Virus record (IMG/VR): IMGVR_UViG_3300006467_000491
Span: 6,728 to 70,727 of that record
Length of the DNA stretch: 64,000 bases
Source of the DNA: a virus
Taxonomy: Duplodnaviria > Caudoviricetes
Reading direction: 5' to 3' (one strand)
The notes below the pieces were generated by a model. The model searched no databases. It was not told the origin of the DNA and was given only the letters and a program-made list of their open reading frames with translations. Below are positions 9,672 through 23,000 of the stretch, piece by piece. Numbering within the stretch: position 1 is the stretch's first letter; every line of letters begins with the position of its first letter. The position numbers were made by a program, and so were the translations under genes.

Positions 9672-10565
9672 TTACATCACAAAGTAATCAGAGAACAGAT
9701 TGAGCAACTCCAGCTCAATCACAACGTCGGATTCCACGTACGTGGCGATCCCTTCCATGTCTCCGGCTTCGTACAAGTCGAAGACTTTGCTTCCGTCCAT
9801 GTCTTCTCCGGCCGGAGGTGTGATCCCCAGCGCCGCACAAACCTCCTTGCATGGTTTACTGCCGCCCGATGGGAATAAGTGAACCATCATGTCGATGGCT
9901 TCGCGGTTATTGTACTTCCGGCGGTCCAGCGGCCGGGACGGTGGCACATCCAGAATCAGCGATCGGACGACGGCCAGCAGGTCGTCGAACCCGAGAATGT
10001 TGAATCCAGAACGGCGGGTCTTGGTGTCGACCAGCTTCCAGAACGTCTGGAGAATCGCCCGTTCTTCGTCCTCAGTTCGGGCCGTCATGGATTGTGGCTT
10101 TGTGCCCGGTGGCGATGAGTCCACCCAGCCCATAGCGACGATTTTGGCCTGAAATGGATTCACACTCCCCTGTTTCTTCCATGTCTCGAAGGCGTCCGCT
10201 TCAGCCTTCAGGATCTTTGTGGCTGCATCCAGAACGCCCTTGCGGGGTTTTGCCGCACCTTTCTCCGCGTCAATGATCGCGTTGAGTTGTGCGGGTGTCA
10301 GGCCCGATTCGATCACCTCAGTGACTGCCGCGACGTTGCCTTGCAGGGTTTTCGGGATGTCGATTTCCCTCTCTTCGATTTCCGCTGGCATTGGCCGCGG
10401 AAACCGCGACTCGTCCGGCACGGTCTCGAAGTCGTAGACAAATGTTCCCTTCCGCAGTTTCGTGGATGGGGGCTGCCTCGGCGCTGGTTCCTGCGGTGGT
10501 TCCGCAGGCTGTGCCGGATCAAACAAAGTGGCAAATGGATCGTCAGGCATTACGTTCGCTTTCAT
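9672..10565 (-). CDS. DEDD 3'-5' exonuclease (PolB proofreading-like, stand-alone)
   Basis: Exo I YDFETVPD, Exo II GFNILGFD, Exo III YVESDV. Confidence 0.85.
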   Translation of the reverse strand: MKANVMPDDPFATLFDPAQPAEPPQEPAPRQPPSTKLRKGTFVYDFETVPDESRFPRPMPAEIEEREIDIPKTLQGNVAAVTEVIESGLTPAQLNAIIDAEKGAAKPRKGVLDAATKILKAEADAFETWKKQGSVNPFQAKIVAMGWVDSSPPGTKPQSMTARTEDEERAILQTFWKLVDTKTRRSGFNILGFDDLLAVVRSLILDVPPSRPLDRRKYNNREAIDMMVHLFPSGGSKPCKEVCAALGITPPAGEDMDGSKVFDLYEAGDMEGIATYVESDVVIELELLNLFSDYFVM

Positions 10566-10573
10566 TCAAAGGG

Positions 10574-10620
10574 AAAAATGCGGCAGAGCACAGCAGAACC
10601 GCCAAACCTGTGCCCTGCCG
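10574..10620 (-). terminator. Terminator-like hairpin downstream of csrA
   Basis: 13-bp stem (one G-U) CGGCAGGGCACAG/CTGTGCTCTGCCG followed by CATTTTT on the minus strand. Confidence 0.5.
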
Positions 10621-10638
10621 CCAAGCACGAGAAACCCA

Positions 10639-10902
10639 CTACTCCCGAGAACCCGATTCCTCCGGATTGTCGGTCTCCTGATCGCAGTGCTGTTTGCCGA
10701 GTTGCTGCCCGGCATCGCCTCCTGTCGTAGCCTCTCGCGCTCGTTTCTTGACATCCAACCAAATCTCTTTCCGATGCACCGGGACTCCGCGCGGTGCCGA
10801 AATGCCGAGACGCACCTTCTTTGGCTGAATCTCGACAACCATAATCCCGATATCATCACCGATCATGATGATCTCGTCCGTCTTCCGTGAGAGAACAAGC
10901 AT
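10639..10902 (-). CDS. csrA: Carbon storage regulator CsrA/RsmA
   Basis: MLVLSRKTDEIIMIGDDIGIMVVEIQPKKVRLGISAPRGVPVHRKEIW is the canonical CsrA pattern; start refined to the MLVLSRK ATG. Confidence 0.93.
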   Translation of the reverse strand: MLVLSRKTDEIIMIGDDIGIMVVEIQPKKVRLGISAPRGVPVHRKEIWLDVKKRAREATTGGDAGQQLGKQHCDQETDNPEESGSRE

Positions 10903-10929
10903 TTGCGACTCCATTCCGCTCAGTGCATG

Positions 10930-10972
10930 AAAAAACCGTCAGCAGGAGAGGGGTGAGTCTCCCTGCTGACGG
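10930..10972 (-). terminator. Intrinsic terminator ending the late (virion) operon
   Basis: Perfect 11-bp stem CCGTCAGCAGG/CCTGCTGACGG followed by TTTTTT on the minus strand. Confidence 0.8.
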
Positions 10973-11081
10973 CTATGAAATCCGGACGTGCCGGATGCTG
11001 CTATTGTCAACAACTACCGATCTCACCCATCGGGCCGGGCAAGTTAACGGATTGTTGTTTTTGTGGCAACAGTGAAATTTG

Positions 11082-14000
11082 TCAATTCTGATCCGCGTAC
11101 AAAGATCGCAGACGGCGGCGAGCCGCGATGACGTTTTGCTTGGTACGGTATCGGCCACCAACCAGTTCGGTCACACTACCATTGCGAGTGCGGTAGCCGT
11201 CGGTGTAAATCGCGTTTGCTTCTTCGTACGTCGGTGCCATCGCCTTCAGGAGATTCCTCGCAGCCGTGATTGCCGGGTCGGATGCAGGTGACTTCTTCTC
11301 TGTTCGCGGGTCTTCGCTCGACAGCATCGTGGCAGCAAATAGTGCCAAATCACCTCGCTCCTTCTCCATCGCGTCAGCCAATGCTGCAGAGGGAACCTCG
11401 TCCACGATCTTCTGGTAATACTCCGCGTCCCCCGCGTCGGCTGTGCGAAGTGCCTGCTTTGCCGCAAGCGACGCCTGATGCGAGAAATGTCGGTCCAGCA
11501 GACCCTTGATGACATTGTCAGGCTTGCCCTGCTTCCGTGCTGCTCGGATCTCGTTGGCGGCATCCTTACGGGCGTTCACTCGCTCCTCGTATGTCTGCGC
11601 CCCGATCCCGAAGAATGTGGATAGTGCGATCACGGTAGCCAGCGGGACACCCTCGTTTTCGAAGGCCTCGTAAACCTCCTGAATCTGCAGGGGCACCACA
11701 GAATCTCTGACCCAGCCCAATGTGCCGAACTCCTCGCGACCCAGAGACTGACCAGCACGCGCATCGACAATCATGGACGGAAGCGGTGCGAGCTTCCCGC
11801 GTGCGTAAGTCCAGAGCAGCCGAGTCCACTCCACTTCTTCGTCTTCCCAGCGACCGTACGACTTGCCAGAAGCGATCCGTGACATGTACGAAACGTGCTG
11901 GCCGAGACCAGCTGTCACGTCAAACCACGTCTTGCCGACTCGGACTTTGCCGAAGTTTGGGCTGCTTCTTCGCAGCTCGTAATCCCACTCCTCGTCGTCA
12001 CCCGGTTCGCCGAATGCCGCATAGAGACCGGCGATCGCCAACCCCATCACCATGGCCTGAGCAGACAGCTGTTTGCCCATCTCCATCGCGATCATTCTCC
12101 GAACCTCCGCCGATGCCCCCTCACCGCGGAACCACCGTGTTTCGTGCCATATTGGCTGAACTGCCAGCCACTGCAGGCGGCTCGTCCACCAACGAGGCGA
12201 GAAGAACAAAGCCGACATTGCAGTCAGGGCAGAGTCGAATTTCTGGATACTGATTCGGCCGCGACCGCTCGATACGTTTACGAAGTTGCCGATCACGCGC
12301 AGATCAGCGTTCGTGAGGCTTCGGTTCTTCCCATCCAGCGTCGTCGACAGCTTGTCCACGAGATTGCGAAACACCAGTCTTCGCTGCGTATTGATGAATG
12401 CGGACGCTGCTCGCTCACTGGCGGCCACGCCAGGGGCGTATTTGTCGAACCATTCCGGCGTGAACTGGTGTTCTTCTTCCGGATCCAGGCCGCCATGCAC
12501 GCCTGTGATCGCCAGTTTCGCAATCTTCTCCAGTCGCACCCAATGCGAATCGGCGTCGAGTTCTTGCTGGGCGTCGAACAGATCCTGTTCGGTCGTGAAA
12601 ATACTCTTTGCTTCACGGAAGCTGGACGGGAACGCTTTTCGGATGGCTCGGCCATAGAGCTTCGCGTTCGTCGCACCAAGCAGGAAACCCTGTCGAGCGA
12701 TGTACGACTGGTCGATTGACGTGATTCCCTTCCGGAGTATCGCCGTGGGCATCACCAGCCCCCAATACAGCCCCTTGTAGACGATATGGCTTTGATCGAA
12801 GTCCCACTTTTTCTGCTCAGCCCGAAGTTTCTGCTTCTGCTTTTCAATCGACAGTTTCAGCTTCAGCATCTCAGGAGTCAGGTTCCTCTCCGGCCGTTTT
12901 GGAGGTGGAGCGAAGTCCTTTTCCGCAATTCTCCTTGCAAGTGCCGCTTCCCGTTCTTTCAGAGTCCGTTCGTAAGCGGCGTCCGAGCGAGCCTGCGCCT
13001 CACCTGACTGCAACCGCATCTCCTCACGATTGGCCTTGAGGGCGTCCAATTCAGCCCGCTTCGCTTCGAGTGCTGGGGAGGTCAGTTGCTGGCGCGGCGT
13101 TGCGTACAGTTTCCCAGCCTTCAGATCAGCTTCCAGATTTGCGATTGCTCGATCGAGCGCCTTTTCAGCCTGAGCTAATCGCTGCTCTTCGCTGAGTTCC
13201 GGGCGCCCGAATGTTTCGTCATACAGCTTCTGGAGTGCGTCCCGCTCGGATCGCATCTTTTCCAGTTCGGCGTCTGGCTTCAGCAACCGGCGATTTGACG
13301 GGATTCGCTTTCCGGACTCCAACGCCTTCGTTAAGTCCGCAATCCGGTTTCGCGTCCCACGTTTCGCCGCATCCAGTGCTGACTGCAATTGCCCGGCAGA
13401 CGCCTCAACAATTCCGGCTTCCTTCTTCGCTTCGTTTACAATTCGCCGCAATGATCGCTGTTCATCGCTGACTGGCGGTCGTTCTTGGCCGGTTGCCGGA
13501 GGTGCCTGACCTTTTTTCCAGTCTTTGATCTGCTCTAACAGCAACAGCTGTGCTTTTTGATCCCGTCGAATAACCTCAATATCATCCTGCGACAACGGCG
13601 AATAAATCCCGATCCCTGACATCGCTCGGGCGACTTCTTCCTGTGTCAGTTCCGGGATGAAGTCCACCAGAATCTCATGCACAGCGACGACGGCCGCGTT
13701 CCTGCCTTCCGGAGAAGCATCCAGTCCGTCCCGTGCGATCACATATCGGTGTAGATCGCGAGCCACTCGGCCGATGCTGTCGTTGTCAGAAACATCGAGA
13801 TTGCCAGTGATCTGGAACAAATCGTCTTCTGTGACCTGTTCCTGACCAATCACTCGCTTGAATGCGGCCAGTGCTGGTTCTTTTATCTGATTAAATGCCG
13901 GACCAAAATCTTTCCGCAACTGTTTCAGGAAATCAGAAACCTTGACAATCTTGAGGCCCACATACCCGGTTGCCAGTTCTGTGAATGCTTTCCCTGCTTC

Positions 14001-17000
14001 ACCCAGAACACCACCAGCTGAGAAAGCCTGTCCTTCGCGCAGCATCCGCATGATGCGTGCCTTGGCACTCTTGATCTTTTCGCGACTGGCTTTTTCAATT
14101 TTCTCACTGATTGACTGTTTTTTCGGCTGTTCTGGCGCAGCTGGGGGTGGTCCCTGCTCAGCATCGGCCACGGCAGAATCGTGAGCCTCTGCCAGTCGCG
14201 TTTCCAGATCTTCGTTTTTCGCACGCAACTCCTCGATCATCTTTTCGAGCTTGGCGTTGTCCTCTTTCAGCTTGTCAAATTGCTTCTTCCATGCTGCTAT
14301 CTGTTCTGGAGTTGCTGGCTTCCCGTGCGTCGCTTCGTACTGCAGTTGATGCCTCGCCAGCGTGAACATCTGGTCGACAATAGCTTTGCGGGCCTGAAGC
14401 GCTCGGCCGGCTTCCGTTCCAATTGCCTCGAGCATCTCCGTGAGCTTCTGCCACAGGCCACTGATCTCTCTTGCATCAGCCTGAGCAATCGCCACTCCAG
14501 CAGCATCACCTGCGTCATGGGCAGCAACCTGTCTCTGAAGAGTCTCGTCCAATTGATTGCCAAGTTCAGTCGCCCGGAACAACAGCATGTCGTTCTCAAA
14601 CTGACCAACCGCCCGCGGACGCGCCATCAGTTCCGGAATCAGAGTGTTCGTGATGTAATCTGAACCGGATTTCGTTCTCGCATAGGATTCTGCCCGAGAA
14701 ATGCTGTCTTTGCGCTTTGCTTCGGGCACAAGGGGGCGATCGCCCATCCCCAGTTCGTCGCGAACCTGAGCGCTGTATTCGTTCTTCGTCGAGTACATCC
14801 GGCCTTCGGCGGGTTCCGAGACCGCTTCAGGTTCTGGTGTGATCTCCGACTCACCTGCCGCTGGTTCTGGTTCCACCGGCTCAGCTTTCGTGGCCTCAGC
14901 TGCCCGCTCAATGTCATCCTCGTCTTCGGTGTTCGCTGCCAGCACTGCCTCGAAATCGGCGTCGGTTGCTTCGATGAGGTCGTACTTGTCTGCCAGAGCA
15001 TTCCACGACCGAATCACGAATGGCTTAATGACTCGAAGCTGTGCGTCCGATAGCGTTGCTCGCATCTCTCGAACAATAACCTCGATCGACTTTGCACCAG
15101 CCTTGATCGACCCGAGTGTTCGAGCGGCAAACGCCCTCGCCATCTCATCGGTTATACCGGGGAGAATTCCGCCGTGCAGCGATCTCCGGCTACGGAGTTC
15201 CCGGGCAATCACCTTGTCATACTGGCGGTTTCTCAGTTGGATTGCGGCGAGTTCAGCGCGAGCCCGATTGGCTGCTGCACGATCTGGTGTTTCTGGCGGC
15301 GGTGCTGGTGCCGGATTGTCCCGGTCAAACATCTGTTGTTGGATCTGAGCCAACTCGCTCTCAAGATTGTCCAGCTCGATCTGGCCCTCGAATGGCTTAT
15401 CAAGGAACTTCCGCAATCCTTCGTTTTCTCTCGTCAGATTCTCGACGCTTTCCGCCGCACCATCCCGCTCCCGCTTTAGCCATGATGTGAGACCCCTGAA
15501 TTCCTTCATGCTACTACTGAAGACCGTTGTTTGCGTTGTTTCCAGCACCTCGCCATCCATCGAGATGACCGTACCTGCCGCCGCCGTCCACTTGATTGAT
15601 GGGTTCCCATCTTCATCCTGCACGACTTCCGGACGCTCACCATAGAACAGATTGAACTGAACAGGGCCGTACTCAGCCTCGGTGGCATAGTGATCCGGTT
15701 TCTTATTGCTGTACGGGCCGTCCAATGCTGGAATCTGATTCGCCTGCGTCTTCTCACTGATGTCCTTTTTCGCAGCGTCGTATTTCTTCTTCAGCTCAGC
15801 ATCCGCTTCTTTCGCAGTCTTGACCTCCTTCCCCTCAACCTTCATCGGCGAATCATCGGGTATAGCCTCGATCTTTTTAATCAAGCGCTCGCGATCCTCC
15901 ACTCGCTTTTTCAGCATCTTGATCTGGTCAATATTGTGGCGCAAACGACCACGTTCGGTTGATCGCTGTTGGTCGAACGCCTCAACATCCAGCCGCAGCC
16001 CGCGGATTTTGAATTCCAATTCCTTCATTCGGTAGAACAGAGGATCATCATTCATGGCCGCTTCCATATCGGCCATAGACAGAATCGACTCGCTGAACGG
16101 GTCGTCGAACTCGGCACCTGCCTTACCAGACAGCGCCTGCTCTGCGGCTTTCGCTTTTCGCAGGTTCATCGCCATCAGCGTACCGTCAAGAGAACCCTCC
16201 ATCCCCATAACATGAAGTTCAACTTCTTCATTCATGTTCCCCGATCGGACGATACGACCAATGCGCTGCTGCCGTTTTGCAGGCACCATCGGGATATCGA
16301 GTTCCCAAATGTGCTTGAGACGCTCTTGGACATTAACCCCGGTTCCCAGCGTGTCAGAATGCCCGATGACGATGCGTACATCCCCGGCATTCACTTTATC
16401 CTGAAACTCAAGCAACTTATTAGACGTGCTCTTATGGTCATTGATTAACTGGACTTCGGCCTCCGGAATCCCCTTTGCCACCAGTTTCCTTTTAATCTCG
16501 TTGTAAAGCCAACGGTCTTCTTCCTCGACATCACTTGACTCGTCAACCTCAAGCTCAACACCTTCCCCGGCCGCGAACTGACGCAACCTTGTGATATCTC
16601 GCCGGCCAGACAAGTCGGAGAAAATCAGCTGAGTCAGTTTCTGATCGTCTCCCTCCTTGTACGCGCGAAAAACCCCCTCAACCATCTGGTTCATCTTGCT
16701 GTCAGGATCATCCTCAGCAGTTGGATCAATCATTCGTACGTCGATCGACGCGGCCTGGGCTGCCCCGTAGATATTCACCGGGATCCAGCTGTAAAGCCTC
16801 TTGTCCTCGCCTTCCAGTCCTTTGAATGCGTCATACGCCTGCAGGAAGAACTGACCAAACTGGTCAAAGGCTTTGGATTTCGGCACCATCTGCAACTGTT
16901 CTTTGCCGCCCTTAACTTTTGGCACCTTCCCGCCGTCATACTCCCGAATCTGCGTATGCAGGTCGTCACCCAGCAGGACATCCCAGCCAGACTGAATGAA

Positions 17001-20000
17001 CTGCCCAAGCTGGTGGCCGTTCTTGAACTTCGCCAGCCGAGTCACCTTCTGCAGTCGCCCAACAGCATTTGGTTCAAGGGAAACAACAACTTCGGCAAAC
17101 GTACCAACGAACCTGTCGAACGTAGTGACTCCGAATTCCTCAACAACATCTGGCGCCACCATGTTCATCAACAGCCAAGACTCACCCAGCGTGTTCGTGA
17201 TTGGCGTCCCTGTAGCCATAAATGTGTTGCGGCCTCTATTGTTCTTCTGAACGTACCTCATCTTGATCAGTGCAGCCATTGCACGGGCTGACATCTCTGT
17301 ATCCAGCCCTTTAATCTTATTGTCGAGTTTCGTGACAAACGGCGGCTTCTTGTAATCATGGGCTTCATCAAGAAACAGAGCGTCGATGCCCATCTGCTCA
17401 AAAAACACATCACTATCGACAGAGTCCTCAATTCGCTTCTGAATCTTCTCCAGCCGTTTCTTCATGGACTTAATCTGCTGTTCGATCTTCTTAACCGACG
17501 GCGCCCCCTTCCCATCGGCCAACTGTACTTCCGTCATCACGGATTTGAGTTCATCAATCAGCCCCTCAACCATTTCCTCTTCCAGTCGGGGATCGTTCGG
17601 AAGTTTCATGTTGAACGTGGATTTCGCCATGACAACCGCGTCCCAGTTTCCTGTGACAACACGAGCCATGAACTTGGATCGCTTTCTTGGTTCCAAGTCC
17701 TCTTTCGAGGCGACCAGCACCTTGGCTGATGGGTAAATTTCATTGAACGCCCGTGCGAACTGGCCGAGCGTGGAATTCTGAACAACAATACCTGGCTTCG
17801 TCGCCAACCCCAGTCGCTTCAGCTCCATCGCAATGGCAATGATCTCCAGCGTTTTCCCAGCGCCAACGCCATGTGCGATCATTCCCCGGCCTTCACGAAT
17901 CCCCCGCCAGATAGTATTCCGCTGGTACGGACGAACACGCTTCAACCACGTCTCAGACATCCCCGGAAAACTCAAATGCTGCCCGTCGTACTGCGGCTTG
18001 ATATAGAAGTTCTTTTGCTCGTTGAATGCACGCTCAAGCCCCGGGATCATCTCCTCGCTGTTCTTGGCCCAGGCCTTAAACGAATCCCGCATCTTTTCCG
18101 CTTTGGCCTCCGCCGCTTGTGTCGCCGCTAAATCCAGCTCTCGCTTGTCGTCTTCCGTTCGCTTGTAAATCCGGATCGGCGACCCGTTTATCGCTTTGGG
18201 CAACAAGTCCTGAACGTGCATCGCGGCCGTACCCCATTCGTTCTGCACTTCGCGCGGGGTCCGGCCAGGGCGAACCATCCAGACATCAGCGGCCTCACTG
18301 TAGGACACTGTTGCCCCGGGCAACCTCATCACTTCGACCATCCACTGCCGCACCACGTCGGCCGGTATCCAATCTGCCCCGAGACTCGGAGTGATGGAAT
18401 CTATCGTCATCCTGGTTGGCTGGACTGGCTTTAGCGCCTCGACATTCTTCTCGAATCGCTTATCGCCATTCTTTACGGCTGTTTGTGCCGATCGCAGTTT
18501 GGCCTGCACATTGCCGGAAAGATATGTGTCGGCCGGTTCAAGCATTCCGGTTTCCGGATCCTGAAACACTTGGCCAGCTTCCAGTAGTTCCTGTCGCAGT
18601 TCTGCCTCTGGCGTTTTTGTCAGCTCGGCCATCCATGGCAAGTTAATTGATCCCTTCCATGCCAAACTGAGCTTAACTGCCTCTTCAGTCGTGTCAGCTT
18701 CCGTTGGTGACTGGATTACCTTGACGGTACGTTCCCGGAAGACATCTGCTTTAGCGAACTCAACCGAACGGATCCCGTCCTCAAGGCTCTCCTGCTCAGT
18801 TTCCAGCCCAGCAGTCAGGTAGAACCCGGGGTCGCCTTCCAGCCATGAATTCTTCTTCTGGTTTAGTGGGCCATACTTTTTCCGATAAGTGTCATACGCC
18901 TTGTTCAGAGCTGCCTGCGATTCCTGATACTCCTCCTCAGTCGCGTTCTGGTCCCGCATTGTGGCAAGGTGCTTTTCATACGCATTCCGCACCTTCACGT
19001 ACCCGATCCCCTGACGCATAGCCGCAGCGATCTTCTTCTTTTTCGTTTCCTCCTTCAGTTTTCTTGGCTTGCCGTCTTTCCGAAGAATCATGGCGTCTTT
19101 TAGCCACCTCGGAGTGACCCACTTGCCATCTTCAAGCTCCTGCAGCTTCCCGCCTTGGTCTTCAATCCGGCCCTCGACGCCAACTGTGCCAACCGTGATC
19201 GGAGGCAGCGCAGCAGCATTGTCGGCTGTAGCAACACCAACTGGGAGGGCTGCAACAGCTTTCTGTAACTGCTCCGACAAGCTCGCCCCCGTCTTCGGAT
19301 GAACAGTGTATTCACCCAGCCCTTTATTGGCGTCACCGTACTGTGACCCATCCATAGCGTGCGTGCCAAGCACCATCTCCGGATGGGTGACGAAATACTC
19401 GTTGACCGTGATCGGCCAGTTTTCAATCTTCGCCTTCCTCCTGCCTTCTCCCGGGACTGTCACCTGGTACATCTCACCAGTGGACGCAAGGTTCTCCCAC
19501 GCTTCACCCTTAAACGCGGTGCCGTCTGGCTTCCGGAAGAACATAATGTCGGTCGTGACTTCTGTTCCAGCATTTGCCTTAAATGCATTGTTTGGTAGCC
19601 GGATCGCACCCACCAGGTCGGCTTTTCTCGCCAGCATCTTGCGATCTTCGATGTTCGCATCCATTGAGAAATGCGTCGAAATAACCGCGGCAATTCCGCC
19701 CGGACGCAATGAATCCAGAATCCGAGCGATGAAATAGTTGTGCAGGTTCATGTCCCGGCCGTACCGCGCTTTCGCATCAGCAGGGCCAGTCTTGTGGAAC
19801 GGTACATTGGTCGCAGCAACGTCGATCGTTCCAGATGGAATATGGACTTCCTCAAAACCTGCCACGTACACATCGGCTTCGGGGTAAAGCCGCTTCACCA
19901 TCTCACCAGTCAGGGCATCCAGCTCAACGGCGACGACTTCAGCATTGCTTGCAACAGAATCCGGCATCAACCCGATCAGGCTGCCAATCCCAGCCGCTGG

Positions 20001-23000
20001 CTCGAGGAACCGGCCACTGGTTACACCCATGTGCTCCAACGCGCCCCAGATTCCATTGGTGATAACATCCCGACTGGTGAAATGAGCATTTAGCGTACTG
20101 GCAGATGCGCGATTCCACTCATCTGGCGTCAATGTTTCTTTCAGATACTTGTACGCTTCACCCCACTGTTTTTCCCACCGCTCAACCCGAGCCTGTAAAT
20201 CTTCAAGTGAAGAGTGTCTGCCCTCCACTTCATACATCGACGACTTTCGCATGTACTCGCCGTACCGTTCCGGGAGTCCCGGACGCTCGACGTACTGTTG
20301 ACCGCGGTTCTCGTCAAACACGTGCTGAAGTGAACCCCACCCGGTGTATTGCATCAACACTCGTTGCTCATCAGCTGTGGCCGGCCGATTCTCCTTCTGC
20401 AGCTCCCTCAGCAGTTTGATTGCTTGCAAATTGGCATTCAGTTTTCCTTTCACGCCCTTCGGGGCAATCACATCGTCTGGCTTGATTCTCAGGTTCTGGG
20501 ATTCCATCTCTCCCGAAACATCCGCAGCTTGTTCTCCGCTTCTGTTGACAGCGTCGTCTCGTCCGGGTTCAAGTTCTGATCCAGTGTCCGGCTGTATGCT
20601 AGCTCCCTCAACTCCTGTTCCGACGCTCCCGGGTTTGCCTTCCGCAGCGATGTCAGTTCCGCCAAGTACCGATCCGCTGTTTGATCCAGTTCCTTCTTCA
20701 ACTGTCCCGACTTCAGCAGTCCCTCCAGCTTCTTCGGCCAATGTTCCTGTAGATTCGTCAGGGCTTCCGCCCACGCTCTCGTCTCGTGCGACTGTACTTT
20801 CATCGGTTCCCCTTTCTGCAATAACATCAGCAACTTTGCCAACTGGGTCCAGATCCTTGTTGGTCTCGCCAAGAATCCTCCACGCGGATTCAATAACATC
20901 GCTCAACTTCAATGCGATTTCCGGTGACGTGTATTCCACAATCCGAGCCACCAGATCCGCGAAGTTGGTGACGCCCTTCTTGATCTGAGACCGCACCATC
21001 CTGACCGTGGAAGCAATCGCCTTGGCCTGATTCTCGCCCGACTTATCGACGACACTCAATTTCTTGAGGTCGCGCATGTCATCCAGCCAAGCGTCGAGAT
21101 CCGCGTCTGCTTCTTTGGCTGCTTGCTCAGCTGCCTTGCCGAGTTTCTTGCCGACTGCGGTGCGAGGTGGCTTTGCTCCCGGAGATTCAGCAACTACTTC
21201 GATCGCTGATGGCATGCCCGCTGCAGCCTGCCTGTGTGCTTCAGCCGCTGCTTCATATTCTGGAGAATTGGCGCCGTGCTCTCTGGCAACTTCACCCATC
21301 CTCCTGAAAAGGCGATCGACTTTTTCTTTGACCAAATGACGGGCATAGTCAATGCCCATCTTCGTTACGTCCCGCTTATCGAGGAACTCGCCAGTTGGAG
21401 CTTGCAGTTGATCCTGATCGTTGACGGTCCACCCGTCTTCGATTTTCTGCTCAACCAACTCTTTCCGCGTTACCGTCTCGCCCTTGTAATTCAGCGACTT
21501 GCCCAGCACCTTGAGCTGCCGCCCTTTCTTCATGGCGTTGTCACTGAGGAAGCCGCGGAAACTGGCTTCATGCTCCTGCTGCTCCTGATTCGAAGCGGCT
21601 TCATCGGCCTCACGCTGTGCTCCATCAGCCGCCCGGCTCTCCGCGTTGCGCCGCACGATCTCTGCGTGACCTTTCGCTTCGGACTCGGTGTCAAAGAATG
21701 GATCGCCAGCGCCGCCACGGTCGTATTCCTTGATGGAATACTTTGTCTCACCTCTGAAGCGAGTCGGATACACGGAAAACATCGGCAACTCTGAATGCCG
21801 TTTTCTCGTAATCCCAGTCTTGTTGCCTTCTGGCGCTCTTGCTGGTGCAGGTTCGGCAGCCGCTTCCTCAGCTTCCTGTCTGGCAATTTCAGCGCGGACT
21901 GCCGCGTCGAGGTCTGATTCTGGCTTCTTCGGGGACAACTGATCAACCAGCTCATCAACAGCGTCTTTGTGGTTTGACAGTTGAATATCTGATTCAGCAA
22001 CCCACTTCGCGCCACCATCGACCAACCCAACCTGCACACCGCGACTGGCTTGAATCTGCCGGATTGAACCGCGCTCGCCAGTCGAGGCGATTTGCACTTT
22101 ATCGTTGAGCTTCCACGACTGCTGTGATTCACCCTCGTCCACTACTTCCGGACTAACATCTTCCTCTGGTTTTCCAGAATCCGCTGCTTGTACGCCCTCT
22201 TCCTCACTGCGTTTGCGTATTTGGTCAATGCTTGCTGCGTCGACGGCTGGGTCTTGGAGTTGTTCGACTTCATCGCGAGCCTGCCTTTCTTGCTTGTATT
22301 CTTCCCTGATCGCCATCGCCTGCTGAACACGGTCGTCAACAGCTTTGGTCACAACTTCGCGTCGACTTCTCGGCTCCTGCTCTTCAATGGCTGCCTCAAC
22401 AGCCGCCCACGCTTCTGAATCGTGAACGTCGTCCAGATTACTCAATCCCTGCTCGTAGACTGCATTAAGCAGTTCACCAACTGGGTCGTGTATCGCGTCG
22501 ATCGTTGACTGTTCCGTCTCTAAATCGTCGGACAAAGACTGGCTAAGGCGTCGCCGCTCCTCGCGCACGAAATCATTGCGGTTGATCTCTTCAGCCCGGC
22601 CGGATTCCCCCGGGAGAAGTCGTTGACCACGACGAGTGGTCTCTGGTGCTGGTAGTTTGGCCTGTTCAGAAACCGGATCAGCCGCTACGGGCGTTGGCGA
22701 CTGATCCGGTGACACCTCGCCGACTGCGGATTCGGCGGGCGCCTCTGATTCAGTCAGCGGCCCCGGCTGCTGCCCTTGCTCGCTTTCCCTCCGTACCCCT
22801 TCCCCTTCGTTTGGGGTTTGCTGGTCTTGCAACTGCTCTTGCCCGACTTGCCCTTGTGTTTCATCTTGTTCTCCTTGTGCTTCAGCGAGTTTCAGGATTT
22901 CGTTCAGGTACGCATCTTCCGGAACCGTTTCCGGTTGTGCTTCCGGCTCCATCCCCATCTCTTCGTCAGACAGCAATTTGCCGTCAGCGGCCGGTGGGGG

